Shown here in pieces: positions 28,139-38,368 of a stretch of DNA of 64,000 nt. A program made the translations under genes and the position numbers. This DNA comes from an uncultured virus (IMG/VR IMGVR_UViG_3300023109_001853) (taxonomy: Duplodnaviria > Heunggongvirae > Uroviricota > Caudoviricetes): the IMG/VR virus record IMGVR_UViG_3300023109_001853, one strand, 5' to 3'. Positions within the stretch are counted from its first letter, which is position 1; every line of letters starts with the position of its first letter. Under the pieces are notes generated by a model. The model was not told the origin of the DNA. It saw only the letters and a list, made by a program, of their open reading frames with translations, and made no database searches.

Positions 28139-30019
28139 GTGGCAGTCGTACAAATCAGTCGCATACAACTAAGACGAGGCAGAAAAAATACTGCATCTGG
28201 TCTACCTCAATTGGCTTCGGGTGAGCTTGGCTGGGCCATAGATTCACAAGAACTTTACATTGGGAACGGCTCAGTAGCAGAAGGTGCACCGCAAGTTGGC
28301 AATACAAAGATTTTAACTGATCGTGATGATTTATTTGAAATTGCAAAAGATTATATTTACAAAGAAGGTACAGGATCAGTTCAAACAGGTACTGATTCAT
28401 CTAACCCAGTTGTAAGAACACTGCAACAAAGACTTGACGACAATATAAGTATTCGTTCTTTTGGAGCAACAGGCAAAAATACACAAGACGCAACGGCATT
28501 ATTACAACGTGCTGTAGATCAATTATATCTTAATAATGGCAGCGAATCAAATGTAGGTGACAGAGTATTACTAAGAATTAACGCAGGCACATATAGAATT
28601 ACAGATACAATATATATTCCTCCTCATGCAACAATAATAGGCGACGGAGCAGGTAAAACTATTATCGTGCAAGAGACAGCCGAGAAGAGTGTGTTTACTA
28701 CAGTTAGTGACGAAAGTACACCTGGAAGCTATGTCCTTAATGGAGAGTATAATACGCAAGCAAGAAATATACGTTTAGAAGGCATGACATTACAAACAAC
28801 AAGTGTATCGTCAGGCCTTGTACTTCAAAGCTGTCGTGATAGCTACTTTGAAAATCTTACAATTGCAGGAATTTGGACAAGCACTGACGGAGTACCAGTA
28901 GATAGCAGTGACACTTTTGATATCGGACTAAGTTTAAACAGCAAAAATGGCGGTGTCGAAACAGTTCGAAATGAATTTTCTAATTGTCATGTAGACGGTT
29001 TTGCGTATGGCGTTGTTTCAAACTGGGATATCAACGACAATACAATTACAACATCTAACTTTAGTAATCTTGCATACGGTGTAGCATTTGGTAAAGATAT
29101 GCTTATTGACGGAAATGAAGCAAACGGTACTGCTACTGGTCCACACAATAACATTTTTGCAGAGTGTGTTTTTGAGAACTGTAACAGAGAAGCATTATTA
29201 ATTACTGAAGGAACATACAACGTAAGTAGAAACAACAGATTTATTACATGTGGTAACGACGGAGGATCAGACGCACAACCAGTTTATCCCGTAATTACCT
29301 TTGCTAAACTTGGCAATGAAAGTGTCAGCGACTTCTTTACTAGAACTAAAGTATTGTCCTATACACAGGGTACTATCATTACAGGCACTGCTACAATTAA
29401 TGCAGGCGAAGTTAGGCTTGTTACAGCTGACACTAGCAGTATTGTTCCTGGACAACTGGTAGTAGTTGACACAGGAACAGGCGAACTAGGTGCATCTACT
29501 GTAACAGTTGTAAGTGTAGATAGCTCTACGCAATTTTCAGTAAATATTCCTCACCTAACTAGCGGCACTATTGGTTACAGTATATTGTCATCTATTATTA
29601 CTCAAGTGCCATACATTCCGGAAGTTACCGGACCGTGTAATTTTGAGTGGGGATTTGAACATGCAATTACTATAAGAGACGGACAGTCTCAAACAATCTT
29701 TAGATTGCCTAACCTTGCAAATCAAAGTTTTGTAATAGATTATATTGCCCAAGGGTCAAGTGGCTATACTGCCGTAAGATCAGGAACATTAAAAATATCT
29801 ACAGATGCTAGCGGTTCTAACATTACTGTTTCCGACGACTACGATTACGCAGGAGACGAAATATATGTTGACAGTGTTAGTTTTGATGCTATAATAGATG
29901 ATATAGACGGAGACGGAGACAACGAAACTATTGTGGTAAAAAGCAATGTATCAGATTTGTCATCGACATCGGCTACAAGAATGAAGTTTAGAGTCAAAAC
30001 AAAACAAATAGTGATTTAA
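28139..30019 (+). CDS. tail fibre/spike with Mtd_N-like N-terminus and pectate-lyase-like beta-helix
   Basis: RIQLRRG..LASGELGW..ELYIGNG; ISIRSFGATG..DAT..LQRA..AGTYRI. Confidence 0.8.
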   Translation: MAVVQISRIQLRRGRKNTASGLPQLASGELGWAIDSQELYIGNGSVAEGAPQVGNTKILTDRDDLFEIAKDYIYKEGTGSVQTGTDSSNPVVRTLQQRLDDNISIRSFGATGKNTQDATALLQRAVDQLYLNNGSESNVGDRVLLRINAGTYRITDTIYIPPHATIIGDGAGKTIIVQETAEKSVFTTVSDESTPGSYVLNGEYNTQARNIRLEGMTLQTTSVSSGLVLQSCRDSYFENLTIAGIWTSTDGVPVDSSDTFDIGLSLNSKNGGVETVRNEFSNCHVDGFAYGVVSNWDINDNTITTSNFSNLAYGVAFGKDMLIDGNEANGTATGPHNNIFAECVFENCNREALLITEGTYNVSRNNRFITCGNDGGSDAQPVYPVITFAKLGNESVSDFFTRTKVLSYTQGTIITGTATINAGEVRLVTADTSSIVPGQLVVVDTGTGELGASTVTVVSVDSSTQFSVNIPHLTSGTIGYSILSSIITQVPYIPEVTGPCNFEWGFEHAITIRDGQSQTIFRLPNLANQSFVIDYIAQGSSGYTAVRSGTLKISTDASGSNITVSDDYDYAGDEIYVDSVSFDAIIDDIDGDGDNETIVVKSNVSDLSSTSATRMKFRVKTKQIVI

Positions 30020-30441
30020 TGTTTGATAAAAATTATGAAGAACAACTTATACTCTGGTCAGAGTTTAGAAATCATCTTGAACAATCTCAGACACCTTTAG
30101 AGGATACTGTTAGTTTTTACAGTACATCTCCTAATTCATCACTAAATACTGATCCATGGGACCAGGCATGTTGGCCTTCTCCGTGGGAACTATTACAAGA
30201 AAACCAATATTGCTCCTTTACTCGTGTACTAGGTTACTGCTTTTCTTTACAGTTAACAGAACGTTTTACAGGTTCAGAATTTGAGATACATATCAGTACA
30301 GATGATGAAAAAGGTTATCTGTACCATCTTGTTTTAGATAAGAATTGGGCACTAGGCAGCGAAAAAATAATACTAACGTATGAAAAATTTGCTAAAAAGT
30401 ATAAACCGCATCTAGTCTACGACATGACTAACTGCATATAA
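30019..30441 (+). CDS. hypothetical phage protein
   Basis: Coupled to the tail fibre gene; WPSPWELL motif. Confidence 0.7.
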   Translation: MFDKNYEEQLILWSEFRNHLEQSQTPLEDTVSFYSTSPNSSLNTDPWDQACWPSPWELLQENQYCSFTRVLGYCFSLQLTERFTGSEFEIHISTDDEKGYLYHLVLDKNWALGSEKIILTYEKFAKKYKPHLVYDMTNCI

Positions 30442-30473
30442 ATATTCAACTATTAAACAAAAAGGACGTAAGA

Positions 30474-32768
30474 ATGATTCAAGTCACTAAGCGAGACGGG
30501 CAGAAAGAGCCACTAGATATTGAAAAACTACATAAGGTTGTTTTTTATGCATGTGAAGATATTACTGGAGTAAGCCCAAGTGAAGTTGAACTTAAAAGTC
30601 AGATACAGTTTTATAACGGTGTAACTAGTAAAGAGATCCAAGAAACACTAATCAAAGCTGCCGCTGATCTTATCAGCGCAGAAACTCCTAACTATCAATA
30701 TGTTGGTGGCAGATTAGTTAACTATGCGTTGCGCAAAGAAGTTTTCGGCGGCTTTGAACCTTGGCATGTAAAAAAACTAGTTGACCGCAATACCGAAAGT
30801 GGGTTTTACGATTCAGAACTTGTTACAAAGTATAGTGACGAAGAGTGGGATAGTATTAATGCATTTATCAAACACGAGCGTGATGAAAACTTAACGTATG
30901 TTGCTATGGAGCAGCTACGTGGCAAGTATCTATGTCAGAATAGAGTAAGCGGCGAAATATTTGAAACACCGCAGATGTGCTATATTCTTATTGCAGCAAG
31001 TTTATTCCAAGACTATCCAGCTAGTTCCCGTTTGAAATGGGTAAAAGATTATTACGATGCTATTAGCTTACACGACATTAGTTTGCCTACACCTGTTATG
31101 GCAGGAGTGCGTACACCACAGCGTCAGTTCTCAAGTTGTGTGCTTATTGAAACAGACGATAGCTTAGACAGCATCAATGCTACAGCAGCCGCAGTTGTTA
31201 AGTATGTTTCACAAAAGGCAGGCATTGGGATTGGTGGAGGAAGTATCCGTGCTATCGGCTCCCCCATACGTAAAGGTGACGCTTATCACACAGGAATCAT
31301 TCCTTTCTACAAGCACTTCCAAAGTGCGGTAAAGTCATGTAGCCAAGGCGGTGTACGTGGCGGCGCAGCAACTATATATTACCCTGTATGGCACCTTGAA
31401 GTAGAAGACATGCTAGTGCTAAAGAACAACAAAGGCACCGAAGAGAACCGTGTACGACACATGGACTACGGTGTACAGTTCAACAAGCTGATGTATGAAA
31501 GACTAGTAACAGGCGGCGATATAACTTTGTTCTCGCCTGCAGATGTGCCTGGATTGTATGATGCGTTCTTTGCAGACCAAGACAAGTTCCGTGAACTATA
31601 CGAAACAGCAGAGCGCAACACACGACTACGCAAGAAGACTATTGCAGCAAGTGAATTGTTTAGTAGCTTTATGGAAGAGCGTAAGAACACAGGACGTATT
31701 TACTTGCAGAATGTAGACAATGCTAACGATCACGGTGCATTCCTTCCTGATGTTGCGCCTATTAAACAGAGCAACTTGTGTGCAGAGATTGATTTACCAA
31801 CCAAGCCGCTTAAAGATCTAAACGATCCAGAAGGCGAGATTAGCCTATGTACTCTTAGTGCAATCAACTGGGGCAACATTCGTACTCCAGCAGACTTTGA
31901 ACGTGTATGTCGTTTAGCAGTACGTGGACTTGATGCACTACTAAGCTACCAGAACTATCCAATCCTAGCAGCACAGTTATCTACAGAGAAGCGCCGTCCT
32001 TTAGGCGTTGGCATTATTAACTTTGCATATTGGTTAGCCAAGCATGACTTAAACTATCAGAATATTGATGCAGATGGACTTGCACTTGTAGACGAATGGG
32101 CAGAAGCTTGGAGTTACTACTTGATTAAAGCAAGTGCTGACCTTGCAACAGAGTTCGGCGCACCAAGTGGCAACATGGAAACAAAGTACGGACACGGTAT
32201 TACACCTAACCAAACATACAAGAAAGACTTAGATGAATTGGTTCCGCATGTTGAGCGCATGGATTGGGATACACTTAGAGCACAGCTAAAAGATACAGGC
32301 ATTCGTAACAGTACGCTAATGGCTCTAATGCCTGCAGAAACAAGCGCACAGATTGCTAACGCTACAAACGGTATTGAACCACCACGTAGTTTAATTAGTA
32401 TCAAGCAGAGCAAGCACGGTGTACTAAAGCAAGTTGTACCTGAGTATAAGCGTTTAAAAAACAAGTATGACTTGCTGTGGGATCAGAAGTCACCAGAAGG
32501 TTATATTAAGATTATGGCTGTGCTACAGAAATATATTGATCAAGGCGTTAGTGTAAATACTAGCTACAATCCAATCTTCTTTGAAGATGAAAAGATTCCA
32601 ATGAGCACAATGTTACAGCATCTTTTGATGTTCTACAAGCTAGGCGGCAAGCAGTTATATTACTTCAACACCAATGACGGACAAGGCGAAGTTGATGTTA
32701 ACAAGATGATGGGCGAACTTGAAGTCGTTGAAGTAGACGAGGAAGATTGCGAAGGTTGCACAATTTAA
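30474..32768 (+). CDS. nrdA: ribonucleotide reductase class Ia alpha subunit
   Basis: ATP cone VTKRDG, PTPVMAG, FSSCVL, QGGVRGG, SNLCAEI, QLYY, C-terminal CEGC. Confidence 0.98.
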   Translation: MIQVTKRDGQKEPLDIEKLHKVVFYACEDITGVSPSEVELKSQIQFYNGVTSKEIQETLIKAAADLISAETPNYQYVGGRLVNYALRKEVFGGFEPWHVKKLVDRNTESGFYDSELVTKYSDEEWDSINAFIKHERDENLTYVAMEQLRGKYLCQNRVSGEIFETPQMCYILIAASLFQDYPASSRLKWVKDYYDAISLHDISLPTPVMAGVRTPQRQFSSCVLIETDDSLDSINATAAAVVKYVSQKAGIGIGGGSIRAIGSPIRKGDAYHTGIIPFYKHFQSAVKSCSQGGVRGGAATIYYPVWHLEVEDMLVLKNNKGTEENRVRHMDYGVQFNKLMYERLVTGGDITLFSPADVPGLYDAFFADQDKFRELYETAERNTRLRKKTIAASELFSSFMEERKNTGRIYLQNVDNANDHGAFLPDVAPIKQSNLCAEIDLPTKPLKDLNDPEGEISLCTLSAINWGNIRTPADFERVCRLAVRGLDALLSYQNYPILAAQLSTEKRRPLGVGIINFAYWLAKHDLNYQNIDADGLALVDEWAEAWSYYLIKASADLATEFGAPSGNMETKYGHGITPNQTYKKDLDELVPHVERMDWDTLRAQLKDTGIRNSTLMALMPAETSAQIANATNGIEPPRSLISIKQSKHGVLKQVVPEYKRLKNKYDLLWDQKSPEGYIKIMAVLQKYIDQGVSVNTSYNPIFFEDEKIPMSTMLQHLLMFYKLGGKQLYYFNTNDGQGEVDVNKMMGELEVVEVDEEDCEGCTI

Positions 32769-32837
32769 TACTTGACACGCCCATCAGGGGCGTGTTATAG
32801 TAGTACTATAGATATACACACAAGGGTAACAGAATAG

Positions 32838-33968
32838 ATGAGCGTTTTTAACACTGAAAATAAAGCAGACCACACAAAAGTATTAGCATTTTTGGATCCA
32901 ACGGGCGGTCCTACAATCCAGCGTTATGACACGCTAAAGTACAAAAGTTTTGACGGACTTACAGACAAGCAACTAGGATTCTTTTGGCGTCCTGAAGAAG
33001 TTGATGTAACCAAAGACAGCAAAGATTTTAAATCTCTTAGCGAACACGAGCGTCACATCTTTACAAGTAACTTGAAGCGTCAGATTCTACTAGATAGTGT
33101 ACAAGGTCGTGCGCCAGTAGAAGCATTTGCTCCTATTGTTTCACTGCCAGAGATTGAGAACTGGATCCAAACATGGACGTTCTCCGAAACAATCCACTCA
33201 CGTTCGTACACACATATTATTCGTAACGTGTACAGCAACCCTAGTAAAATCTTTGACGAGATGATGGACATTGCAGAGATTGCAGACTGTGCTGGAGACA
33301 TCTCAAAGTACTACGATGACTTAATTGAAACTACACGCTGGTACAAGTTGCTAGGCGAAGGAACACATACAGTTAACGGCAAGAAGATTACAGTTAATCT
33401 TTATGAGCTAAAGAAATTGTTGTGGCTTACACTAATGAGTGTAAACATTCTAGAAGGTGTGCGTTTCTATGTAAGCTTTGCATGTAGTTGGGCGTTTGCA
33501 GAGATGAAGCAAATGGAAGGCAATGCTAAGATTATTAAACTTATTGCCCGTGATGAAAACTTGCACCTAGCAAGTACACAAATGTTGCTAAAGATTCTTA
33601 AGAAAGACGATCCAGACTATGTAAAGATTGCAGCTGAAACAGAAGAAGCATGCGTTCAAATGTTTGTTGATGCAGTTGATCAGGAGAAGGCTTGGGCAGA
33701 GTATTTGTTCAAAGATGGATCAATGATTGGACTTAACACAGAGTTGTTGAGTGGATACATTGAATGGATTTGCACACGTCGAATGACTAACGTAAATCTA
33801 AAAAGCCCATACACTACTTCACAAGCTAATCCTTTACCGTGGACACAGAAATGGATTTCAGGTGCAGATGTACAAGTTGCTCCGCAAGAAACTGAAATTA
33901 CAAGTTATGTAAGCGGCGGTACCAAGCAGGATGTAGGCGAAGACACATTTAAAGGATTTAGTTTATGA
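32838..33968 (+). CDS. nrdB: ribonucleotide reductase class Ia beta subunit
   Basis: FFWRPEE, ETIHSRSY, EGVRFYVSF, RDENLH, VAPQETE. Confidence 0.98.
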   Translation: MSVFNTENKADHTKVLAFLDPTGGPTIQRYDTLKYKSFDGLTDKQLGFFWRPEEVDVTKDSKDFKSLSEHERHIFTSNLKRQILLDSVQGRAPVEAFAPIVSLPEIENWIQTWTFSETIHSRSYTHIIRNVYSNPSKIFDEMMDIAEIADCAGDISKYYDDLIETTRWYKLLGEGTHTVNGKKITVNLYELKKLLWLTLMSVNILEGVRFYVSFACSWAFAEMKQMEGNAKIIKLIARDENLHLASTQMLLKILKKDDPDYVKIAAETEEACVQMFVDAVDQEKAWAEYLFKDGSMIGLNTELLSGYIEWICTRRMTNVNLKSPYTTSQANPLPWTQKWISGADVQVAPQETEITSYVSGGTKQDVGEDTFKGFSL

Positions 33969-34216
33969 TTGAAATTTATGGCAAGACACAGTGTCCCTTC
34001 TGTGATAGAGCAAAGGCACTTTGTGAGCAAAGACAATTAAAATACACATACAAGCAACTTGGTACAGACTTTACTCGTGAAGAAGTACTAGAGATGTTCC
34101 CTGGAGCACGTACCTTTCCACAGATAAAAATAAACGGTACAAGCATTGGCGGATACGACAAACTAGGTACGTACCTAGAAGAAACAGGTTACAACGGAAC
34201 AGGACTAACACTATAA
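33965..34216 (+). CDS. glutaredoxin
   Basis: CPFC, TFPQI, IGGY. Confidence 0.95.
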   Translation: MIEIYGKTQCPFCDRAKALCEQRQLKYTYKQLGTDFTREEVLEMFPGARTFPQIKINGTSIGGYDKLGTYLEETGYNGTGLTL

Positions 34217-34506
34217 TGTTAATTGAAGCACCATACAAAGTAGGAGACAACGTGTCTCTAAAATTAAGTTCAGGCGAAGAAATTGTTGCTCGCTTAGAAA
34301 AAGAAGATGATAAATCTTTTACACTAAAAAAGCCAATGGTATTAATTATGCAACAACAAGGACTAGGACTTGCTCCGTTTATGTTTAGTGTATCACCTGA
34401 GGCCAAATTTGTTTTACAAGCAACTTCAGTAAGTTGTGTTGCAAAAACTGAAGGTGAAATTAGTAAGCAATACACTTCGCAGACATCTGGAATTTCAGTA
34501 GTTTAG
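34216..34506 (+). CDS. Sm-like fold hypothetical protein
   Basis: LKLSSGEEIVAR..LKKP..GLAPF pattern. Confidence 0.6.
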   Translation: MLIEAPYKVGDNVSLKLSSGEEIVARLEKEDDKSFTLKKPMVLIMQQQGLGLAPFMFSVSPEAKFVLQATSVSCVAKTEGEISKQYTSQTSGISVV

Positions 34507-34572
34507 ACTTGACAAACTTCAAAACTGATGTTAGTATACATACATAACAAGGCAAATAGAAAAGGCAAAGAT

Positions 34573-35148
34573 ATGAAAGATAAATGTATTTTAACTGATT
34601 GTGATGGCGTATTGTTCGATTGGGAATATGCGTTCGATCAATGGATGAAGCGTCATGGTTATGTAAAAAATGAAACTCGTCAATATTCGATTGCAGCAAT
34701 GTATGATATGGAAAAGGACGAAGCTAACCGACTAGTGCGCATGTTTAACGAAAGTGCGTGGATTCGTAAACTTCCTCCACTACGTGATGCTATCCATTAT
34801 GTTAAGAAGCTACATGCAGAACATGGTTACGTGTTTCATGCTATTACTAGTTTGAGCAACGATGACTATTCACAGCACTTGCGTACTAAGAACTTGCGTG
34901 AGATGTTTGGAGACAGTGTGTTTGAAAAGTATGTTTATCTAGACACTGGTGCTGATAAAGATGAAGTACTTGAGCAATATCGTGACACAGGATGTTATTG
35001 GGTTGAAGACAAGCCAGAGAATGTAGACTGTGGTATTAACATGGGACTAGATGGTATTCTAATTGCTCATGAACATAATAAAGACTATACAGGAAGTGCA
35101 AAACATGTAACTAACTGGAAAGAACTTTATGAGATAGTAACCAAATAG
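34573..35148 (+). CDS. HAD family 5'(3')-deoxyribonucleotidase-like protein
   Basis: LTDCDGVL, ITS, WVEDK..N motifs. Confidence 0.85.
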   Translation: MKDKCILTDCDGVLFDWEYAFDQWMKRHGYVKNETRQYSIAAMYDMEKDEANRLVRMFNESAWIRKLPPLRDAIHYVKKLHAEHGYVFHAITSLSNDDYSQHLRTKNLREMFGDSVFEKYVYLDTGADKDEVLEQYRDTGCYWVEDKPENVDCGINMGLDGILIAHEHNKDYTGSAKHVTNWKELYEIVTK

Positions 35149-35161
35149 GAAAAACAAAAAA

Positions 35162-35497
35162 ATGATTACGTTAACACCTGCTGCAAATCAACAAGTTAGT
35201 ACACTTTGTAAAGAAAATGAGTGTCATGCTATTACTCTTAACATCAAAGGCGGCGGGTGTGCAGGTTTTGAATATGAATGGGGCACTTCTCAAGTAGATG
35301 AACTACAAGCAGACGATTTTACAATTGAGTGCGACACGGGTACATTTGCAATAAGCGCACATAGTTTAGTATTTCTAGCAGGATCAGAAATAGATTATGT
35401 TAAGTCTATCATCGGATCAACTTTTGAAATTAGAAATCCAAACGCTCAGAGCAGTTGCGGCTGCGGAGTTAGTATAAACTTTGACGGTATAGTCTAA
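35162..35497 (+). CDS. A-type Fe-S carrier (IscA/HesB family)
   Basis: ITLTPAA, GGGCAGFEY, IDY, NPNAQSSCGCG. Confidence 0.95.
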   Translation: MITLTPAANQQVSTLCKENECHAITLNIKGGGCAGFEYEWGTSQVDELQADDFTIECDTGTFAISAHSLVFLAGSEIDYVKSIIGSTFEIRNPNAQSSCGCGVSINFDGIV

Positions 35498-35667
35498 TGT
35501 GGGAATACTGGTGTAAAGCCATCGGCGAAAAAGCGTATAATGAAGACGACAAAGCAGACAAAGTAGCAATAGTACGTACCGCCTGGGTGCTACTGCACAT
35601 TGCTACCTGTCTTGCTATTATAACAAATGCTATTGCTAATCACGGCTGGGGACTAATAGGACTATGA
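35497..35667 (+). CDS. small membrane protein (56 aa), not in ORF track
   Basis: MWEYWCKAIGEKA..ADKVAIVRT plus TM helix; overlaps both neighbours. Confidence 0.65.
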   Translation: MWEYWCKAIGEKAYNEDDKADKVAIVRTAWVLLHIATCLAIITNAIANHGWGLIGL

Positions 35668-35969
35668 ATGTAGGGGAAGGCGATAAAGCAGTTATTGTGT
35701 TTAGTGTTAATCCTAGTAATGTAGGTAGAATTGTTAATGTATCAGAATACATTGGAAAATTTGAACAAGGTGAAGAGTTCACGGCATTTGGTATGCAGTG
35801 CTTCTGCGCAGTTCATGATCATTACTGGTGGATTGAAGCAGATGATCTAAACATACAATTAGGTCCATCACCTAAAGCATATATTGCCGATAGCTGGCTT
35901 CGCAAAATTGTAGATCCAGATAAAAAAGTATCTACTAAAGCGCAAAAAGAACTTGATACATTTACCTAA
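35664..35969 (+). CDS. hypothetical protein
   Basis: AGGA RBS, ATGA overlap. Confidence 0.7.
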   Translation: MNVGEGDKAVIVFSVNPSNVGRIVNVSEYIGKFEQGEEFTAFGMQCFCAVHDHYWWIEADDLNIQLGPSPKAYIADSWLRKIVDPDKKVSTKAQKELDTFT

Positions 35970-36300
35970 TCGACAGCTAATGCGCGAGAGCGACTTTCTC
36001 AAGTTGCCCAAGCATATTACCAAAGAGTATGATGTAAGTTTTAAGGCGTTTACTCGTGAGTATTTTAAGCGTAGGACCACTTGGTACTATCTTAAAGATA
36101 AAAAGTATATTTCAGATCAGTTTGCTCACTACGAGTATCCTAGAGAACTTCTAGTACGACTGACTGGTGTGGATTGGCACAATAAAAATCAGCGTGAATA
36201 CTTGTACAAGTATAACGCAGAAGGTGAGCTGGTTGTTAGAGCAGGCTTGCGCCAGCCCGAAAGTCGTTTTGGATTAGCAACATTCCGAAAAAAGACTTGA
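35953..36300 (+). CDS. hypothetical protein
   Basis: ORF fills gap in operon; start uncertain. Confidence 0.55.
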   Translation: MIHLPNRQLMRESDFLKLPKHITKEYDVSFKAFTREYFKRRTTWYYLKDKKYISDQFAHYEYPRELLVRLTGVDWHNKNQREYLYKYNAEGELVVRAGLRQPESRFGLATFRKKT

Positions 36301-36332
36301 CAAACACTAGAAACTAGTGTATAAATATATAT

Positions 36333-36636
36333 GTAACGTTGAAGCAATTCAAACGCTATACTGGACCCGGGGGCGGTACCCGGCGACTCCACCATAGATA
36401 CACTGTTTAAAAAGGAACATTGTTCTGGGCATGGCCAACGAAATCTCCTATTTGAGGTTGGCAGTGTATCTTTGATGGGGTCGAAATAGGATCGACAGGT
36501 AGTTAATAGAGTTAGTGGAGTTATCGGGATGTAAGCGCCGTTACCGCGAACGAACTTTATAATTGCAAACGCAAATATAGCATTAGCAGCCTAAGGGCAG
36601 CTACGGGGTAGTTAGACCTTGTTAACAAACATAGCA
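36333..36636 (+). ncRNA. ssrA: circularly permuted (two-piece) tmRNA
   Basis: 3' acceptor half GACCCGGGGGCGGTACCCGGCGACTCCACCA (to 36394) precedes 5' half GGGGTCGAAATAGGATCGAC (36477); G3-U pair; tag ANANIALAA* at 36565-36594; promoter TTGACA-N17-TATAAA at 36297-36325; ends approximate. Confidence 0.93.
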
Positions 36637-36639
36637 CTA

Positions 36640-36672
36640 AAGAGTGTTGCAGCAATGTAACACTCTTTTTTT
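36640..36672 (+). terminator. intrinsic terminator of tmRNA
   Basis: AGAGTGTTGCA..TGTAACACTCT then T run. Confidence 0.85.
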
Positions 36673-36797
36673 AAAATATACAAAACCACGCTAAATCCGC
36701 TCACGACTAGGTAAAAATCAGTATTATCTAGGTAATTACTATAGTGAATGCAATGTTCACAGAGTACTAAAAGAATCAAAAAGAAGGACTTTCTATA

Positions 36798-37613
36798 ATG
36801 CGTACAATCGTACTAGCAATTGTAGCCGCAATGGCTGCAACATCTGCACTAGCAGAAGACACAGTAACAAAAACACAGACTCCAGTAATGGGTCCTGTAC
36901 TATCGGGTGCAGTAAACTTAGACTTTGCTGAAACAGCAGCAGGCAAGACAGCAGGAACAATGGGCATCGAACTAGATGTTGATGCAGGTTCACTTGCAAC
37001 TGTAGACCTAGACTTTAAAGGTGCAGACGGTTCGTCTTTGACTTTAGACACATGGACAGTAGGAACAACAGTAGCAGGCGTAGGCGTAGCTCTTGGTGAT
37101 GACAATGGTCTATTACCAGAAACAAGTGCAAATGCATCAGCTGACGGAACACTAGCAAAACCAGCAATGACAGAATCAGTAGCATTGACGTTTGGTAGTG
37201 CAAGTGTAGTTGTAGGCTTAACTGACTGGACAACAGACGTAACTGAAGTAAGTAACCTACAAGGTGCATACACAGTAGACGCAGGTATTGTAGACGTAAC
37301 AGCAAGTGCTGACTACAACCGTACAAGCGAAAACACTGTACTAGGTGCAGAAGTTACTGGACTAGACTTAGGTTTAGCAACAGCAGGCGGTGCATTAACA
37401 TATGACACAGATGCAGAAGATTGGGCATTTGAAGGTTCAGTAGCAGTTGATGGCTTAACAGCATACGTTAACGGTACAGATGATAACAGACTACAGCACG
37501 TAGGTGGTGAGTATGTATTAAACTATGCAGGTGCAGAACTAAGTGCAGGTGTTGATTATGACACAGACGCAAAAGACTGGAAACCAACAGCAGGTATATC
37601 TTTTAACTTCTAA
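36798..37613 (+). CDS. outer-membrane porin-like beta-barrel
   Basis: Signal peptide (ALA), amphipathic beta strands, C-terminal AGISFNF. Confidence 0.8.
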   Translation: MRTIVLAIVAAMAATSALAEDTVTKTQTPVMGPVLSGAVNLDFAETAAGKTAGTMGIELDVDAGSLATVDLDFKGADGSSLTLDTWTVGTTVAGVGVALGDDNGLLPETSANASADGTLAKPAMTESVALTFGSASVVVGLTDWTTDVTEVSNLQGAYTVDAGIVDVTASADYNRTSENTVLGAEVTGLDLGLATAGGALTYDTDAEDWAFEGSVAVDGLTAYVNGTDDNRLQHVGGEYVLNYAGAELSAGVDYDTDAKDWKPTAGISFNF

Positions 37614-37635
37614 GTTAAAACACATAACCTAAATT

Positions 37636-37658
37636 AAGAGCCTTCGGGCTCTTTTTTT
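37636..37658 (+). terminator. intrinsic terminator
   Basis: AAGAGCC-TTCG-GGCTCTT plus T run. Confidence 0.92.
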
Positions 37659-37701
37659 ATGACTAAATAATATGGGCACATTATTTAGAGAGGGCACGAA
37701 A

Positions 37702-38181
37702 ATGCAAACACAAAATGAATATGATGTAGTACTACTTAAATGCGTTGATGGCGATACAGTAGACGTAGACATCGACTTAGGATTTAACGTATGGTTAAAA
37801 GACGAGCGTGTAAGAATTATGGGAATTGATACGCCTGAGTCACGCACCAGTGACAAGGTAGAAAAAGTTTTTGGACTAGCCGCAAAGAACAGACTAAAAG
37901 AATTACTTGAGGCTGGTGGTAAACTTATTACTACTGAAAACAAGCATGGCGAAGATATGAAAGGCAAGTTCGGACGTATCTTAGGAGACTTCCGAGCACC
38001 AAATGGCGACTTAGTAACTGATATTATGATAGCCGAAGGACATTGTGTTGCATACTTTGGCGGTAGCAAAGAAGAAATTGCTATGAAACACATGGCCAAT
38101 AGAGAGAAACTATTGCGTGAAGGTGTGGTATCTAAAGAAGACTATGACGCCGCAGTAAAACTAATGGAAGACAAAGGCTAA
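37702..38181 (+). CDS. thermonuclease (SNase-like)
   Basis: VDGDTVD..RVRIMGIDTPE..GKFGRILG. Confidence 0.92.
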   Translation: MQTQNEYDVVLLKCVDGDTVDVDIDLGFNVWLKDERVRIMGIDTPESRTSDKVEKVFGLAAKNRLKELLEAGGKLITTENKHGEDMKGKFGRILGDFRAPNGDLVTDIMIAEGHCVAYFGGSKEEIAMKHMANREKLLREGVVSKEDYDAAVKLMEDKG

Positions 38182-38368
38182 TGTCAGACAGCGAAATGGT
38201 TGTACTATTACATGATATGGCAAGAAAAGAAGAAACTACACAAAATTTGCGAGTAGCTCAAGCCATATATGAAATAGCAGATAGACTTGCTGAACTTACA
38301 AAAAAGGTTGACACCTAATTAAACTCCTGCTATACTGTATAGACAGTAACAAAAAGCAGGAGTTTTTT

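Noticed and set aside
28139..30019. Diversity-generating retroelement target because of the Mtd_N-like start
   Set aside because: No reverse transcriptase and no adenine-variant template repeat seen in the window; the C-terminus is not lectin-like.
30474..33968. Introns or inteins in nrdA/nrdB
   Set aside because: Both ORFs are continuous and of normal length; the HNH and GIY-YIG genes are free-standing elsewhere.
36364..36394. Stand-alone tRNA or tRNA fragment / att site
   Set aside because: No anticodon arm; it pairs with the downstream GGGGTCG half and a tag frame, so it is part of the permuted tmRNA.
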